Under the pieces are notes generated by a model. That model was not told where the DNA came from. It was given only the letters and a program-made list of their open reading frames with translations, and did not search any database. A stretch of DNA of 56,189 nucleotides, filler included, from Sphacelaria rigidula (taxonomy: Eukaryota), in assembly GCA_964200075.2 (NCBI GenBank). It is 7 parts of 7 records of this genome, joined end to end, with 100 filler letters (N's around TTAATTAATTAA, not from the genome) between each part and the next. Parts side by side here need not be neighbours in the genome. Positions count along the whole stretch, not along the records: positions 8,043 to 15,984 come from CAXNAA020012899.1; positions 16,085 to 24,025 come from CAXNAA020012900.1; positions 24,126 to 32,066 come from CAXNAA020012901.1; 4 more parts are not named here. One strand, written 5' to 3'. Positions 11,956-24,614 of this stretch are shown in pieces. Each line of letters starts with the position of its first letter. Position 1 is the first letter of the stretch. The position numbers were made by a program, and so were the translations under genes.

Positions 11956-13057
11956 ACAACGCATCTTTTTCAAAGGGGCAGAATGAGGGATTGCGATCGT
12001 CTTTATATCGAACGAAAAAATCACATCTCGTCATGACACAGTGTTTCGCACGTATGCCGACAGCGGGCAAGGCGCGCCGACATACCCAAGCAGACAAGAA
12101 GTTGGCACTTACTCCTTACGGAACTATACATAAGAGCGAAACACTCGACACAAACAAGAGCAGGCCACAGAACACCAGCGAGACAACCAAGAGAAAATTC
12201 CACGTGCTATGACATCGTACGGGAATAAAAGACGGGAGTGAAGCACCAAGGAAGGTAGCAAGAGCAAGTCGGGTCGGGTAGGGCAGGTACTTTTGAATAC
12301 TCGGGTAAAACACCCGGTTATTTACTCTACCCAAAGTTGAGGTAGATCGGGTTTGGCCTCAAATACTTTACCTAAATATTGGGTAGATTAGGTACGACCT
12401 CAAATATTGTAACCAAATATTGGGTAAGCACTCTCAGCAATACCTGGGTACATAATATCACTTGGGTGTAACCTCAATACTCTGCCCAAGTTTTGGGTAG
12501 ATTGAGTACGACTTCAAATCCTCTACCAGAATTTGGGTAGATTGGGTAAGCACTCTAAGCAATATCTAGATACAAAGTACCACTTGGGTATAACTTCAAC
12601 ACTTCAGCCAAAATTTGGCTATTTTGGGAACGATCTACAATATTTCACCTAAATTTTGAGTAGATCGGGTACGATTTCAGTACTTTGCCCAAATATTGGG
12701 GAAGGCCGTGCCTTGGCACACCCTTTTTCGATCGTGAAAAAAGTGCGGTGGAATTGACTTAAGCGAATTCGTTCATTTCTCGCGAGTTGGGTATATATTT
12801 AGTACAAGATGGGCCGCCCAAGAAACCCATTTTCCTTCAGCCCGTTCTAACTGACGATAAATCGCGAGTTGTGCCTACTTTGACACATCGTGGTAATCTG
12901 CAAATCAGCGCGCGTCTTTCAAACCACGTAGTACTGCGATCCGACGAGCTCTTATCAAACGAGATACCAAACTGTAGACAGCTGCGACGTGTAGATAGTT
13001 GAGGCTGACACGTGCGGCGGAATTACAGGGGGAAACGGCTGAAAAGTGAAGTCACAG

Positions 13058-13225
13058 TAGGGGTACATTTTTCGAGCCAAAACTTGCCGTGACCTTTTTG
13101 GGACCGGACACCCAGAAACATAGTCTTTGAATGCGTAAGGGTACACTTTTTGAGCCAAGACTTGTCATGACCCTTTTGGGACCGGACTCTCAGCAACATG
13201 GTCCTTGCATGCAGGGGTCATTTTT
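13058..13225 (+). repeat. Tandem repeat 2 x ~79 bp inside the P-like element
   Basis: GGGTACA..TTTT.GAGCCAA.ACTTG...TGACC.TTTTGGGACCGGAC repeated twice. A partial inverted copy lies near 13290-13335. Confidence 0.7.
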
Positions 13226-13696
13226 TTAAATCGACATCATTTTTACTTGAACAGGGCGAAAACGATGCCGATTTCACAAAATGGCCCCTGAGTGCAAACA
13301 CCATGTTTCTGAGGGTCCGACCCCCAAAGGGTTCAGGCTCCACAGTAAGCCCCGGATATTTGTCATTAAAAGGCTTCTACGACAAAGTGCAACGAAATAA
13401 AAAAAGGCACCGCTACCGTGGCATTGCTCTATTATCGAATTTTCGGTTACGGTTGGTTGTGCCGCGGCCGCAAGTCGTGGTGCCGCACAAGCTGTGTTTT
13501 GTACAACACTGCATGTCATACTGTTGGCGCGCAGCGTCCAAGATGGCACGCAGACGAGGCCCCCCACGCGCCAAGGCGTCTGGTAGTTGCGTGCGAACCG
13601 ACGAGAGCAGTGGGTGAAGAGAGCTTGTAGAGAACGTCAAAAGTTGCAGCTGAGGTTGTTGTAGTCCGAAAGCAAGTCAATCGATTTTTGACAGAA

Positions 13697-14365
13697 AAAC
13701 GCGGTTGCGCTGCTCAATTTTGAGTCGTTTGCTATGAAATTTTGACGCGATCTAGACAACATATGTGCCAACCCCCTACTATTTCTCCCTTCCACTGTTC
13801 TTCGTTTCTCGTGAGTTATCGGAAATCGAAATTGCGGAATAGTTTGTGTTGGGTACAAGGTCCTCGACAACTTACTGAAAAAAAAAAAATGTCAGGTCGG
13901 AGAATAAGGGCTTTGAACATACCTCATGCACATCGTGTCAAAGTTTCAAGGAAACCCACTAGGAATTTAACAGCGTAACCGCGATTCAGATATCCCTGTT
14001 CGCATCGTGGCTGCTGCACCTCCACACGGGAACCGGTTCGCGTCACGAAAATGCGATTTCACTGCTAAATTTTAGGTCATATACTATTAATATGAAGCTT
14101 TGACACGATGTACAGGACCGAAGACCTCATTTCTCCTCCTTCACATTTTCTTTTTAGTTATTGGCGACGCGACATTTCAGAATAGTTCTCAGAACTATAT
14201 CGCAAAAAGTCACATTATATATATATATATATATACACGTAACGAGGGGGAAAGTAAGAATCTTCGCACATACCTCATGTATCTCGTGTCGAAATTTTAT
14301 AGAAAACGACTCAAAATTGAGCAGTGAAATCGCGCGTCCATTCCTCTGTTCGCATCTTGGGCGGC
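13697..14365. mobile_element. Two adjacent diverged palindromic MITE-like units
   Basis: CTGCTCAATTTTGAGTCGTTT (~13710) is inverted at ~14305-14325. Each unit has inverted arms and is followed by CTGTTCGCATC. Confidence 0.6.
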
Positions 14366-14660
14366 CCCGCTTGTATCACTGGGTGTGACCTCAATACTCA
14401 ACCCAAATCTTGGACACATTGGGTACGACCATAAACATTCTACCCATGTTTCGGGTGGATTGGGTACGACCCCAACTAATCTGCCTAAACATTGGGTAAC
14501 TACTCTTGACAATACCTAGGCATGAAGAATCACTTTGGTATGACCTCAAATAGTGTATCAAAACTTGCGTAATATGTTGGGTACGATCCAAAATACTCCA
14601 CCCAAACTTCAGGTAGATATCGTACAATTTTAATATTTTGCCCAAACGTTTGGGGACTAA

Positions 14661-14833
14661 GGCCAAGGCTTATGGGAGCGTTTGAAATTTTATTCTGCAT
14701 CAATTTCAGAGTTTTTTTTTTCTCCGTCATCATGGTGAACGGGCACAAAATACATAACTACGGTAAAGAAAGGAAAAAAGTCGTTTAAAATTATTGCAAA
14801 ATAAAATTCCAAACGCTCGCATAAGAGTTAGCC
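14661..14833. mobile_element. Tourist-like (PIF/Harbinger) MITE
   Basis: GGC termini. TIR core CTTATGGGAGCGTTTGAAATTTTATTCTGCA matches 28/31. Flanks TAA/GAA. Confidence 0.75.
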
Positions 14834-17258
14834 GAAGAAAATGACTTTTCAAAATACTGAGTGTGAAGTATACCCTACCCGACCTGCTCTCGAAAGGTAG
14901 GCACAGGCGTGTAGTGGGTCGGCGGCCACAAAGCTGCCAATGCCTTCAAAGGCTGTAAAACGTATATATACTGGGTACCCCAGCACATACCCACGGTGTA
15001 CGGCTACCGGGACACCCTGAGAGTTAGAGGATATGAACCTAGGTTGATTGCGAAGAAAATGACGACCATTCAAGAGTAGCCACAGTATGAACATCCCGAC
15101 TTCGACCCCGCGCCCTCACCCCCATCACCTTAAGACGCTGCAAGCGTCGTGTTTCGACCCTTCCAACCCCTTGGGCGCGACGCCGTGAATCGGAGCATTA
15201 TAGCCCGCTGTATTCCAACGCAGGTACCACGATGCTATGACACAGCAACTCTTGTCTGTGTGAGACTATCCCCCACCGCGCGTCTGGGGGTGAACAATCT
15301 GATCAGGATGCACGCTTGGTGACTGATTGCGAGCCTTGTCCGGCGAAAAGCCGGCGTGCTCCGTCTCGGCTTTGTAAGGATGCGAGTTCTTATATAACTA
15401 CGGCATGCAAGATCAAGAGTACACCCCCCCCCCCCCCGCGCGCGGGCGCGCTCACGTCTCTTGCGGCCCCCCCCCGCCCCCCGACACACGCGCACTCTCT
15501 CACCAGAGCATTTGGCATTCACAAATTTCCGATGGTCCACCTACGGTCCATCCGAACGGGTGGCCATCCGACGGGGTGAAAAGCATCGTCACATCTGGCT
15601 CGAAACTTTTCAACACAAAACAAACATTAGCTCACCTCCAGTTGCGGGGTTCCTGGCTCGAAGTCCACGTCTGCGAAAACTTCTCGAAAGGAGAGCACGT
15701 TTATGTCGTCGAATTGTCCAACGCACAAGTCCGCCAGCTGCAGCTGCCACGACGACATCACTCCTTTTGCCGTCGACAATAGAATTCAACGCAAATCGAT
15801 GCGCCCCCCCCCCCGACACACACAAGATCAAAGATATTGTCAGATCTGTGCGTGTCTTGTGTTGATCGTACCTGAAATAACACGCAAATTCTATTTGTGA
15901 CTCAGTGCACGCTAGCCGGTGGCACAAGGAACGACTACAGATTCATCTGCCGAGAGGAACGTTGAAATTTCGTTTCATCTATTTNNNNNNNNNNNNNNNN
16001 NNNNNNNNNNNNNNNNNNNNNNNNNNNNTTAATTAATTAANNNNNNNNNNNNNNNNNNNNNNNNNNNNNNNNNNNNNNNNNNNNATGGTTTTGTTTTTTC
16101 GGCATGCATCACCGTGGGTCCCCCCCCTTTCCCCCCCCCCCCCCGCCGCCCCACCCCCGCTTTCAAGTATGGCAGAGAACTGTCGCACGCCTGCTGGCTA
16201 AAAGTTCTCGTCTTTGGAGGAAGTTTCGCTAGCCACCCATGTCCAAACAGCGTGTATCTACCCCTACGAAAGATCGTCCAAAACCTCGCGCGACTGTTTG
16301 TCGAGGCGACAAAGGTCGAAATAATTGGGATGGGCGGCTCAAAAACCGCCAGTTTGGTCTCAGAACAGTATCGCCGAGCAAACGTCCAGGGCTTCCCAGG
16401 GAAAGACAGAAGGTATCAATTTTGGAGGGCGCGGGGGGGGGGGTGGGGGGGTGTCAGTTCCCAGATCGTCGGAACGAGTTTTCCATATCAATCATACGCA
16501 TCATCAGGAAATACCCAGGTCGGGTAACAAGCTTGAAGAGAGGAGAAATCACTTGATTTCATTGATGGAATGATCCGCGATGTTACCCTTCAAGCAGCCC
16601 AATGTTGCCCACTCGGCGATCGAGGTGTATTCCACCATTTCTGCAGCGGCCTCTCAACTATCGAAGGGCACGAAAAACGGCAGGTGTTGTGTATTACAGA
16701 ATCAGAGGGTTCATGTACGAACAGTCAACGTAGTAGATATCCTGATAGAATTACAGTCGAAGGGTAGGTGTAGCAATGTGAACGTGGTCCGCCTTTTTTT
16801 TTTGCATTTGTTTCTGGTGGTTGTGACGGAGGCTGAGACGGTCGAGTCAGTGAGAGAGATTGGCCGCGATATTAGTGTAGTAGTTGGAGTGTGCTCCAAA
16901 GCAACCGTCGCCATTAATTCATCATCGCCGATATTTGAACCCTCTCGTGAAATCCTCTCACATGCTCACCAGCATTTCTTGAAAGCTCCAACATTAGCCG
17001 CCATGAAAGCAAGCAGACCACGTCATGAGACGAGGAGCACAAGAAGCGGAGCTTCCTCATGACCGTATTTACACATTTTGCCGTATTTCGTGTGCGCGAT
17101 CCAGGATACTCCATCCATTATTCGCCTCCTCCGAGTATTCGTTGGCGCCGCAACGGATGACGGGGATGACGTGCACCCATCCCCTTGCCGAAAACGCCCA
17201 CGTCCGGACAAGAATACTCAAGGTGAGTGCGCATCATGGGAGACCGCTGTGTTTTTTG

Positions 17259-17408
17259 CACACTCTAGATGATGACGAAATAATACACAGTCAAAACGTT
17301 GACTGCGTATAGTATCGACTGTTGCGCCTATTGCAACAGATAATCAATTCCATACTGTACGCAGTGCATTTTTGGACAATATATTCTATTGTCGTTATCC
17401 AGGGTGTG
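17259..17408. mobile_element. CAC-ended mini-MITE, copy 1 (inside a putative GTGAGT...TTGCAG intron, 17223-17433)
   Basis: CACACTCTAGA...TCCAGGGTGTG ends; colinear with 20599-20737 and 23254-23390. Confidence 0.65.
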
Positions 17409-18045
17409 TTTTTTTTGTGTCTTGTCTTTGCAGGGATATATCCAACAAGAAGAGGCAAAGTGATCATCTCAGAGGTTTATATGGAGTACCAAATTCTATC
17501 TTTGCGCAGTTAGACCACAATCGGTTTGACAAAGAGGATCCGTTGTCGTGCTTAGCTTTTACGCGGGTTATCCGTAAAGAGACCCCGCTTTGCTACGAGC
17601 TTGGCGTTGCCGCATGCGCGCTGCTTTTGCTCAATCAGGCAGTACACGGTACCGGCGGTTGAATCATGCGTGCGTCTCTGCGGGAGGATCTGCTGTAAGT
17701 GTTGTCATATTGACGGAGACCACATATTGACGGACAGACCTAAACGCTGTAAGTAGCAACAAATCAGCACGCAGATGGCTGCTCGGTCTCGGCCGAGCCG
17801 TGGGTGCCTAAGTAGGGGGCAAGGGCCAAAGATCTGCGAAGCTTCCATACATCGAAGAGCTCATCTCATGTGTGTCATTTTCGTATAACTCAGTTGCTGA
17901 GTGATGCGGCATAACCCAGCAGTACCTATTTCCACTGGAATAGTTATACAACTTGTACTATGTAGCTCAGCGGTGCCATTTTACACTGGATGAGGTATAT
18001 GGTATAAAACCCAACGGTACTGTGTGCCACTGGATGGGCTATACC

Positions 18046-19276
18046 TGGAGGTAGGTAGGAACCGTTGAAAAAAGAAGCGGTTATGACAGATTGTTGGAAA
18101 CCCTTGTAGGCGTTTATTGGTTCCGGTTCTGAAGAATGACACTGGAGTTTTTTCTTCTCCCAGTTGAGCCGGTGACCGGTTCAACTGGGAAAGGAAGCGT
18201 TATTCCGACGGTTACACAGGTTTAATCCATTAAACCGGTGACACAGGTTCAATTGCAGCCAAGTTTGGCAGCGAAAGAGGGGTGTTTCGCGAAGGTCGGT
18301 CAGGTACTGGTATTTGAGTAACAATGTCACACAAAGTGATGTAAGACTGCGCGTTGTTTTAGGCAAAGCAAGTCGGCGTGAATTGCTGTTCACTCTGAAG
18401 ATTTACTTTAGTTTCCTGATGGAGAGTACCATTATGATGTTCGTGTACACAGGAAGTCTGGCCTAGCCGTCAGTGTTGATTCTTGATAAAAGTTGTTGCG
18501 ATGCCTTGTCGCCGATCGCCCTTGTACGATTATTGCGTCACCGTCCATTCTGTAGGGCGACGTTGCCCAGAGAGAAGGCACGATCGCGTGGTTCGCGTGG
18601 TTTGCAGCGTCTAGTGTAAGTTTTCCGTTGTCCGCTGTTGTCGTTGTCTTTGGTGGGCTGAGGCGCTGCACTTTCTCCATGTAAAGTTGTGGGAGAGCTG
18701 TACCCCTGCTTCTCCCTCCTACTTTCGGTCATTGGGTTGCGGGGGCCGGCAGGGTATGGCGTCCAGACTTTTACCTTGCGGCAGGCACCCTATGTTGGCT
18801 TGCACGGTATAGCTCACGACGGAAATTATTCACATGTACAGAGTATTCTTTCGTGCTAATGCGTCGTCGATTTGTCCGTGCCAGTTTAAAGTTTCGACCG
18901 GCAGCTGTTGAAGTAGTTACCAACACCATTCCCTATCAAGCGTTAACATTGGTGTCGCCAGTCGACAGTGCTGTTCGTTCGACAGATGTTGCAAAAGTGA
19001 GGAAGTGTGAGATTGAATCTCGCCGTCGCCGGCAATGGGTGTGTTCTCCGCGCGCATCAGTCACCCACCACACACCAAACACACGACAACAACGCCTTAT
19101 TTACCCGCGCTTCAATGATTTGGAGGCGTTTTCCCTTGCTCGTCAGGTCAAACCGGGTACCGGTGAACCGGTGTAATCGGCTTAAAAAAACCCGGTTCAG
19201 CCGGTTTTTTTATTCCGAGAATAACGCCTCCTATCCGGTAACCGTTTTTTTCTTGGCTGCCGGTTGCCTACCTCTA
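18046..19276. mobile_element. Old hAT-like element with ACCGG-type subterminal repeats
   Basis: Left TGGAGGTAGG..AACCG versus right-end reverse complement TAGAGGTAGGCAACCG. Many AACCGG/CCGGTT motifs at both ends. TSD only 5/8. Minus-strand remnant GIATT...DFLCT...LSIRKLK*IFRVNSN (~18370-18510) resembles the hAT C-terminal dimerisation region. Confidence 0.6.
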
Positions 19277-20598
19277 GTTTCACCACCTAGCTGAGTAAAC
19301 TCATCAGTTGTCCGACCTGTGGGAATTTCGCAACAAACGATTCAAACCCGGGGTGAATCCAGAGGACAGCTTCAAGGATGTGCGGTAAGATGAGAACCTT
19401 CGGTCTTGATGATTGATGCGATCCTGCAGAGGGGGTATACTGCAATCCTGATACAGGTGTAGGATCCCACGGCAGACGGGGTGCGTGGATGCCACAGACA
19501 CAACAATGGTGAAAGGCGTGTTTCAGTCGTTGCACGCAGTCAGCGTTTGCGACATGAGTGCGTTGCAGAGCTGCGCAGCATCACGGGTCAACCAACGTAT
19601 TCGAGGTGACTCGCGGTCACGTGACATGGGTGCATATGCTGTGATGGTCATTCGATAGCATACAGCGCGCAGTTTCTTGCAATTGGTTTGTGCTGTTTTT
19701 TGCAACCGTGAACACGGATGTATGTATATCCTGTACCTGTAGTAGCCGAGCGTTCAGCGCTTTTGTCTCGAATAATAACATTATGGATAATGTGAATTCC
19801 GGGGACGGCTTGCGATATGTTGGACTTGAATCGAATCTCACCTCGGTTCTAGGGCTCGGCTTTGATTCACTTTATGCTAGGTCAATATGGACGTTTGTAA
19901 CAGTATCATGGACGCATCGAAGTGCCTTCACCACTCGGTGTGCAATCTTGTTCGTGTCTGGGTTGATGGAGGCTTGACTTTGGAATGGATAGATCTAGTC
20001 GACTCGTAGAATACTGCGTATTCGTGAACGGTGGCATGAGCTGCAAGCGATCACGACGAGCACTGCATGCTTTATTAGCATCAGTGCCCAGACCGCTGGG
20101 TATGCGGCACCTCAACTTCGTGTCTCCTGGCATGATAACGGATGACATGCATGGGCTACCCCTTAGCTGCACCTTTTTTCTTTTCAGGGGCACTTTCAAC
20201 CCCACCCCTTCCTCAGGATGAGTCTGTGTTCTCAAGGGATCAATCCATCTCTCCCTTTATCTATCTATCCATCTATCTATCTCTCCCTCTCTCGCGGTAC
20301 GCACCTGGCAGTTTGATATCGCGGGTTGGATCAGTCATACTGTACCGCGTCGACTGTCGTCAAACAGACTTTAATAGCTACTCACCTCCCAGCGCTTTCA
20401 ACGACAAACATCAGTTTTTCATTTCATTTTATCAAGAGAGCATCCAAGCGCGTCTTCAGGATTTCGCACTTGCACCATTTTGACTTACGTAGTTTTTTTT
20501 TTTTATCGTACCAAGTGTATCACCGGGGTGCGGTGATAGTACTATATCAGGAGCATGGAGTATGACTTTGTTGCATGGGCTGCCACTCGGCTTGTTTA

Positions 20599-20737
20599 CA
20601 CACTCTGGACAACGAGTTACACCGTCAAAAAGTGTACTACGTACAGTATGAAAATCTGTTGTCTATCGCAATGGATGCAATAGTAGATTCTGTACGCAGT
20701 GCACTTTTATACAACATAATATTTTGTGCAGGATGTG
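20599..20737. mobile_element. CAC-ended mini-MITE, copy 2
   Basis: CACACTCTGGACAA...TTGTGCAGGATGTG termini. Confidence 0.75.
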
Positions 20738-21164
20738 CTTGCTTAGCAACATGCTTCTCCGCCCTCCTGCAGAACCCCAAGAGACAAGGTACACGGCACT
20801 CGTCATGGTAACCACGACGATGTTCCTGCCCCGAGACGAGCCCGCCGGCACACCCGTAAAAGTAACGATGCAATGCACGTCTCTCTCAGAGTTACATTGT
20901 CAAGTAGTGTGGGTGAGCGTTATGCATCGGTAGCAAGCGCGTTCGAACAACCGTTGCTGCTTTCAAAGGCAATTTGAAGTGGAATTTCGTGGGAGAAATG
21001 ACCCCAAATCCCCTCTCCTCCCTATCGCAACATGACTCCCCATTTAGCTGTTTTCTGGATGTGGAGTCACTCCTTTCTCTTCAGATTACCCGCAAAAAAA
21101 ACCCTCTTACAAAAAAAGAAGCAAAATCATGATTCCTTTTCCAAATCCCGCAATCGTATCGCAG

Positions 21165-21754
21165 GAGAAGATTCTGCATCATGCTTGACATCGCCATGGA
21201 AGGCTCGAGAATCTGCTGGGTGCACTCTGTGGGATCTCTCAGCGTCAGAAACAGACGCGGCCCGTATGTGCTCGGCGGGGTTGCTTCCTGTCGCGTGCGC
21301 CGTGTTACGACAATGCGCTCCGCCCTTTGCCGGCGAAGTGTCAGCGGCGTTGAGTGTCCGGTCAGAGGACCATTCGACAGCGCAAGGGGAGACGTCGTCT
21401 GCGCGAGAGCCAGCGGAGCAACCGGTACAGCAATCGGGTGGAGAAGCGGCGGCGACAACAATGCAATCGCCATCACACAACAGCACGCCGAAACAGCCGG
21501 AAACTGGTCCAGGAAGACCCGCGGTATGCGTGAACACAGCAGTCTCTACCTTGCTCGCGGAACCCGGTGCGGTTCTTGTTGAAGCCGACTCTATTGGTGC
21601 GGGATCCGCTGCTACAGCAGCGAAGGCGGACTTGCATGAAGGCGCACCGCTTCAAGTGCAAAATGAAACCTCATCGGAAGCAGCGTCAAAGCAAGGCTTG
21701 GATCAGCCGACGTGCCAATCGGACACCGGCTCAGCAGCAGCGTCCGAAGTCGGA
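21165..21754 (+). CDS. Possible internal exon of an unknown Ala/Ser/Glu/Pro-rich protein
   Basis: Lies in the 249-codon open frame 21032-21781. Candidate acceptor ATCGCAG| and donor |GTGAGA. No recognisable domain. Confidence 0.3.
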
Positions 21755-22738
21755 GTGAGAAGTAGAACTGAAGGAATTTAATCAATAATTTTTGTCTTTT
21801 TTTCGGGTAGTGATGAGTGTCGGAGGTAGTGAGAATAAGGTTTGGGTTGGCGGTGAGATGATGTGTACACTACTGTGTACATGCAGCGTCTGTACATGCC
21901 GTAGAGATGGCGCACAGCAGGGGGGTCACGCAAAAACACGAGTCTATACCTTTGCTGACATTTGTGTAATCATCCAGAGGCTCGTCCGTGGTGCACGACC
22001 AATAGATCTACAATGAACAACGTTTTCGTGAGATGGAGAGTTGAGCGCTGATTAAGAGTGGCTTTGATCATTCGCTTTAACTTGGCCAGTTTTTCATTCC
22101 ATGCGTGTTTTTTTTTGCCTCCATCGCTGGCGTGTGCTTTTATTTACACGTCGATATCCTACTCAGGGATATCAAGGGCCTCAGTGGTAAGCTACTACAG
22201 AAAGCATATCGGGCCTAGGGGCATTTCAGAACTGAAACGATTCATTCACTAATTGACCGCTTTTCACTCTCGATCGTATCCTCTACTCTCAATCTCACGA
22301 AAACATCGCAAATACTGTGGTCATCGCAGAACGCCTCATCCGAGAGTGAAATATGAAGGTTTTCGCTCTTGTTGTCAAATATCTCAACAGGCAGCAGTCG
22401 ATGGGCATGGAGGAGGGGCTATGGGGCTCGAACCGGACGAAGCGTGCCGGCTGCGCGAGATCACCTGCGGTATGCTGGCGAACACATGCACTCATCGAAG
22501 ACTTCGGTAAGCCTGGGTGATTGATTGTGTCTGTATCAGTGCGCTGGCAAAGGATATGCACATACAACACGTACGTGTGTGTACGTATATGCCGTTTCCT
22601 ACCGGTGAATTTAAGAGCGGTTTGGCGCATCGAATCCGTAGGGTTCGTGCATGAGAGGTGCATACCCCAAATTGTGAGGTCGTAGAAGATGAGCCGCAAT
22701 TGTTCCCACGGATTTTTGTTCTCTATGATTGTGTGTAA

Positions 22739-22931
22739 GACCGTGTCTCAGCACATCAGTTTCCGATCGAAAAAGTGCGGTCGAAAACAAAAATCCTGAT
22801 CTGATAGGTCGGGATTTTGAAAATTTCAAAATCAACGACGATGGTTGAAATTACGACCTATCAGATCGGGATTTTTGTTTTCCACCGCACAACGTCGATC
22901 GAAAACTACTGTAGTGTGCTAAGACACGCCC
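22739..22931. mobile_element. Tourist-like palindromic MITE (193 bp); a related left end occurs at 12704
   Basis: GACCGTGTCTCAGCAC versus right-end reverse complement GGGCGTGTCTTAGCAC. Inner arms AAAACAAAAATCCTGATCTGATAGGTCG are inverted. Flanks TAA/TGA. Confidence 0.85.
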
Positions 22932-23253
22932 TGAGTGTGGCTTCTTCTGCGCAAAACGTTCCTGCCGAAGCCTTGCGGGCAGAGGCCGATCATTTCTAGA
23001 TTATCTTAGTTATGTTTTCTCTCCTTTTCTTAGTCTCCTCTATTTGTCGTACTTTTTTTTTTCTGTTTTGTTGACCTTTTTTCGAGCGAGTACTTCAGTG
23101 TTGTTTTGTCAGAACGGGTACGTTTATCATGTGGAAAATGACCGCGGCTGGATCATGACTACCTGGGAGATCAGTCGAAGTGCGACAATCGATCCATCGA
23201 CGATCAAAATATGGATGAAGACATAATTTTGTGTCAGCTGCCTAATAACGATG

Positions 23254-23390
23254 CACATCCTGGACAATACATCATGTTGTCATACAGTGTACTATGTACA
23301 GTATAGAATATGTTATCCATAGCAATAGACGCAGCGGTTCATACTGAACGAAGTACACTTTTGGCAATGTAATCTTTTGTCCAGGGTGTG
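23254..23390. mobile_element. CAC-ended mini-MITE, copy 3
   Basis: CACATCCTGGACAA...TTGTCCAGGGTGTG; reverse complement aligns to copy 2. Confidence 0.8.
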
Positions 23391-23906
23391 TAGCTATGAA
23401 GTGGGGGGGGTACGTCGACGACAAGGCTATTGTCAGCACTAGAGTACGATGAAGCCACTATCAATACCGGATGTGATTTCAGGGCGACTTTGATGCCTGA
23501 TATACACCCCTCTGGTGCCGTCTCTGGTTACGCCCCACTGTAATGTTCCCGACGAACAAGCTGGAGATAATATTGAAATACATATCCAGAGAGTGACGGC
23601 AAGGCAGGGTGTGTGGAGGAATGAGGATTGGATATATAAAGTACTTGTAGTGCTAGTATTTGGAGTCCCTGGCAATATGACGAGAATATAGTTCGAGAGG
23701 AAATACGATGAAGCAGGGCTTCGCTGTTTGGCGGTGGAGAAAGGAGAAAGGGAGGGGGAATACATCCAAGTCACGCTAACACAGAAAGCGAGCAAAGAGG
23801 GGGAGGTGATACAGATAGGCGAAGTGCTGGGATGGGTTGGGTGGGCAGGGTAGAGAATATGCATAGCCAAGGGAATAGCGAAACTCAGACATAGTCCTCC
23901 GCTTAA

Positions 23907-24004
23907 CCCTTAGACAGCGAGAGCAGGGCATCTGTTGAATGGGCATCAATTCCACTCGAGGAAGTCATGCATGATCCAGGTAGACTACCCTCGCGGTCTA
24001 AGGG
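23907..24004. mobile_element. piggyBac-like MITE (98 bp)
   Basis: TTAA|CCCTTAGACAGCGAGAG...CCCTCGCGGTCTAAGGG|TTCA; TIR 15/17; CCC/GGG termini. Confidence 0.75.
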
Positions 24005-24614
24005 TTCATGGAGGTAGGGAGGGGGNNNNNNNNNNNNNNNNNNNNNNNNNNNNNNNNNNNNNNNNNNNNTTAATTAATTAANNNNNNNNNNNNNNNNNNN
24101 NNNNNNNNNNNNNNNNNNNNNNNNNGGGAGTCCCTCGAACAAGCATATTGACGCTGTCATTCTAGCGCTGGCTAGCGTCACACACCACAGTTCGATTTGA
24201 GTTCGATTATTGTGATTCGCTCTCACTTTTTCAGTATCATCGAGATGCCAGCATAGTCTGAACTTTAATCATGCGTGGGTATGGCGATATGACGATTTAT
24301 ACTATATCAAATGCTATACCATAGTCTGATTTGAGTTCGATCGTGGTGATTCAGTCTCGATTTTTCACATTATCACCGAGATGACTACGTGGTGAACATT
24401 TTCCCATCATCTAAGTTCAATTTTCGACATGAAATTCAAGTGTTTCCAACATGAAATTCAAGTGTTTCCAACCATGTGCTGTGGCCACGAAAAAGGTCGA
24501 GGGGTCGATCGATTTGACAATATTAACTTTTTTATGGATCATAGCATATGACGGATTTCTTTAGTTGATTAAATTTATTGATTTTGGATTTCGGGTCATA
24601 CTTTTATGGAATAT

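Larger units (their letters stand above)
12259..14892. mobile_element. Non-autonomous TIR element, P-element-like (2,634 bp), with nested insertions
   Basis: TIR CAAGAGCAAGTCGGGT versus right-end reverse complement CGAGAGCAGGTCGGGT (14/16). 8-bp TSD GAAGGTAG/AAAGGTAG. ~41-bp subrepeats with a TACCCAAA-N-TTGGGTA core at 12320-12700 and 14375-14655. Confidence 0.8.

Noticed and set aside
12320-12700. CRISPR-like reading of the ~41-bp palindromic subrepeats
   Set aside because: Units are homologous along their whole length and lie inside a TIR/TSD-bounded element.
17105-17700. Spliced plus-strand gene around the mini-MITE
   Set aside because: Splice-like signals exist, but joined frames hit stops and no domain is recognisable.
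22405-22445. tRNA-like 3' end on the minus strand (GGTTCGAGCCCC)
   Set aside because: No A box or cloverleaf found upstream.
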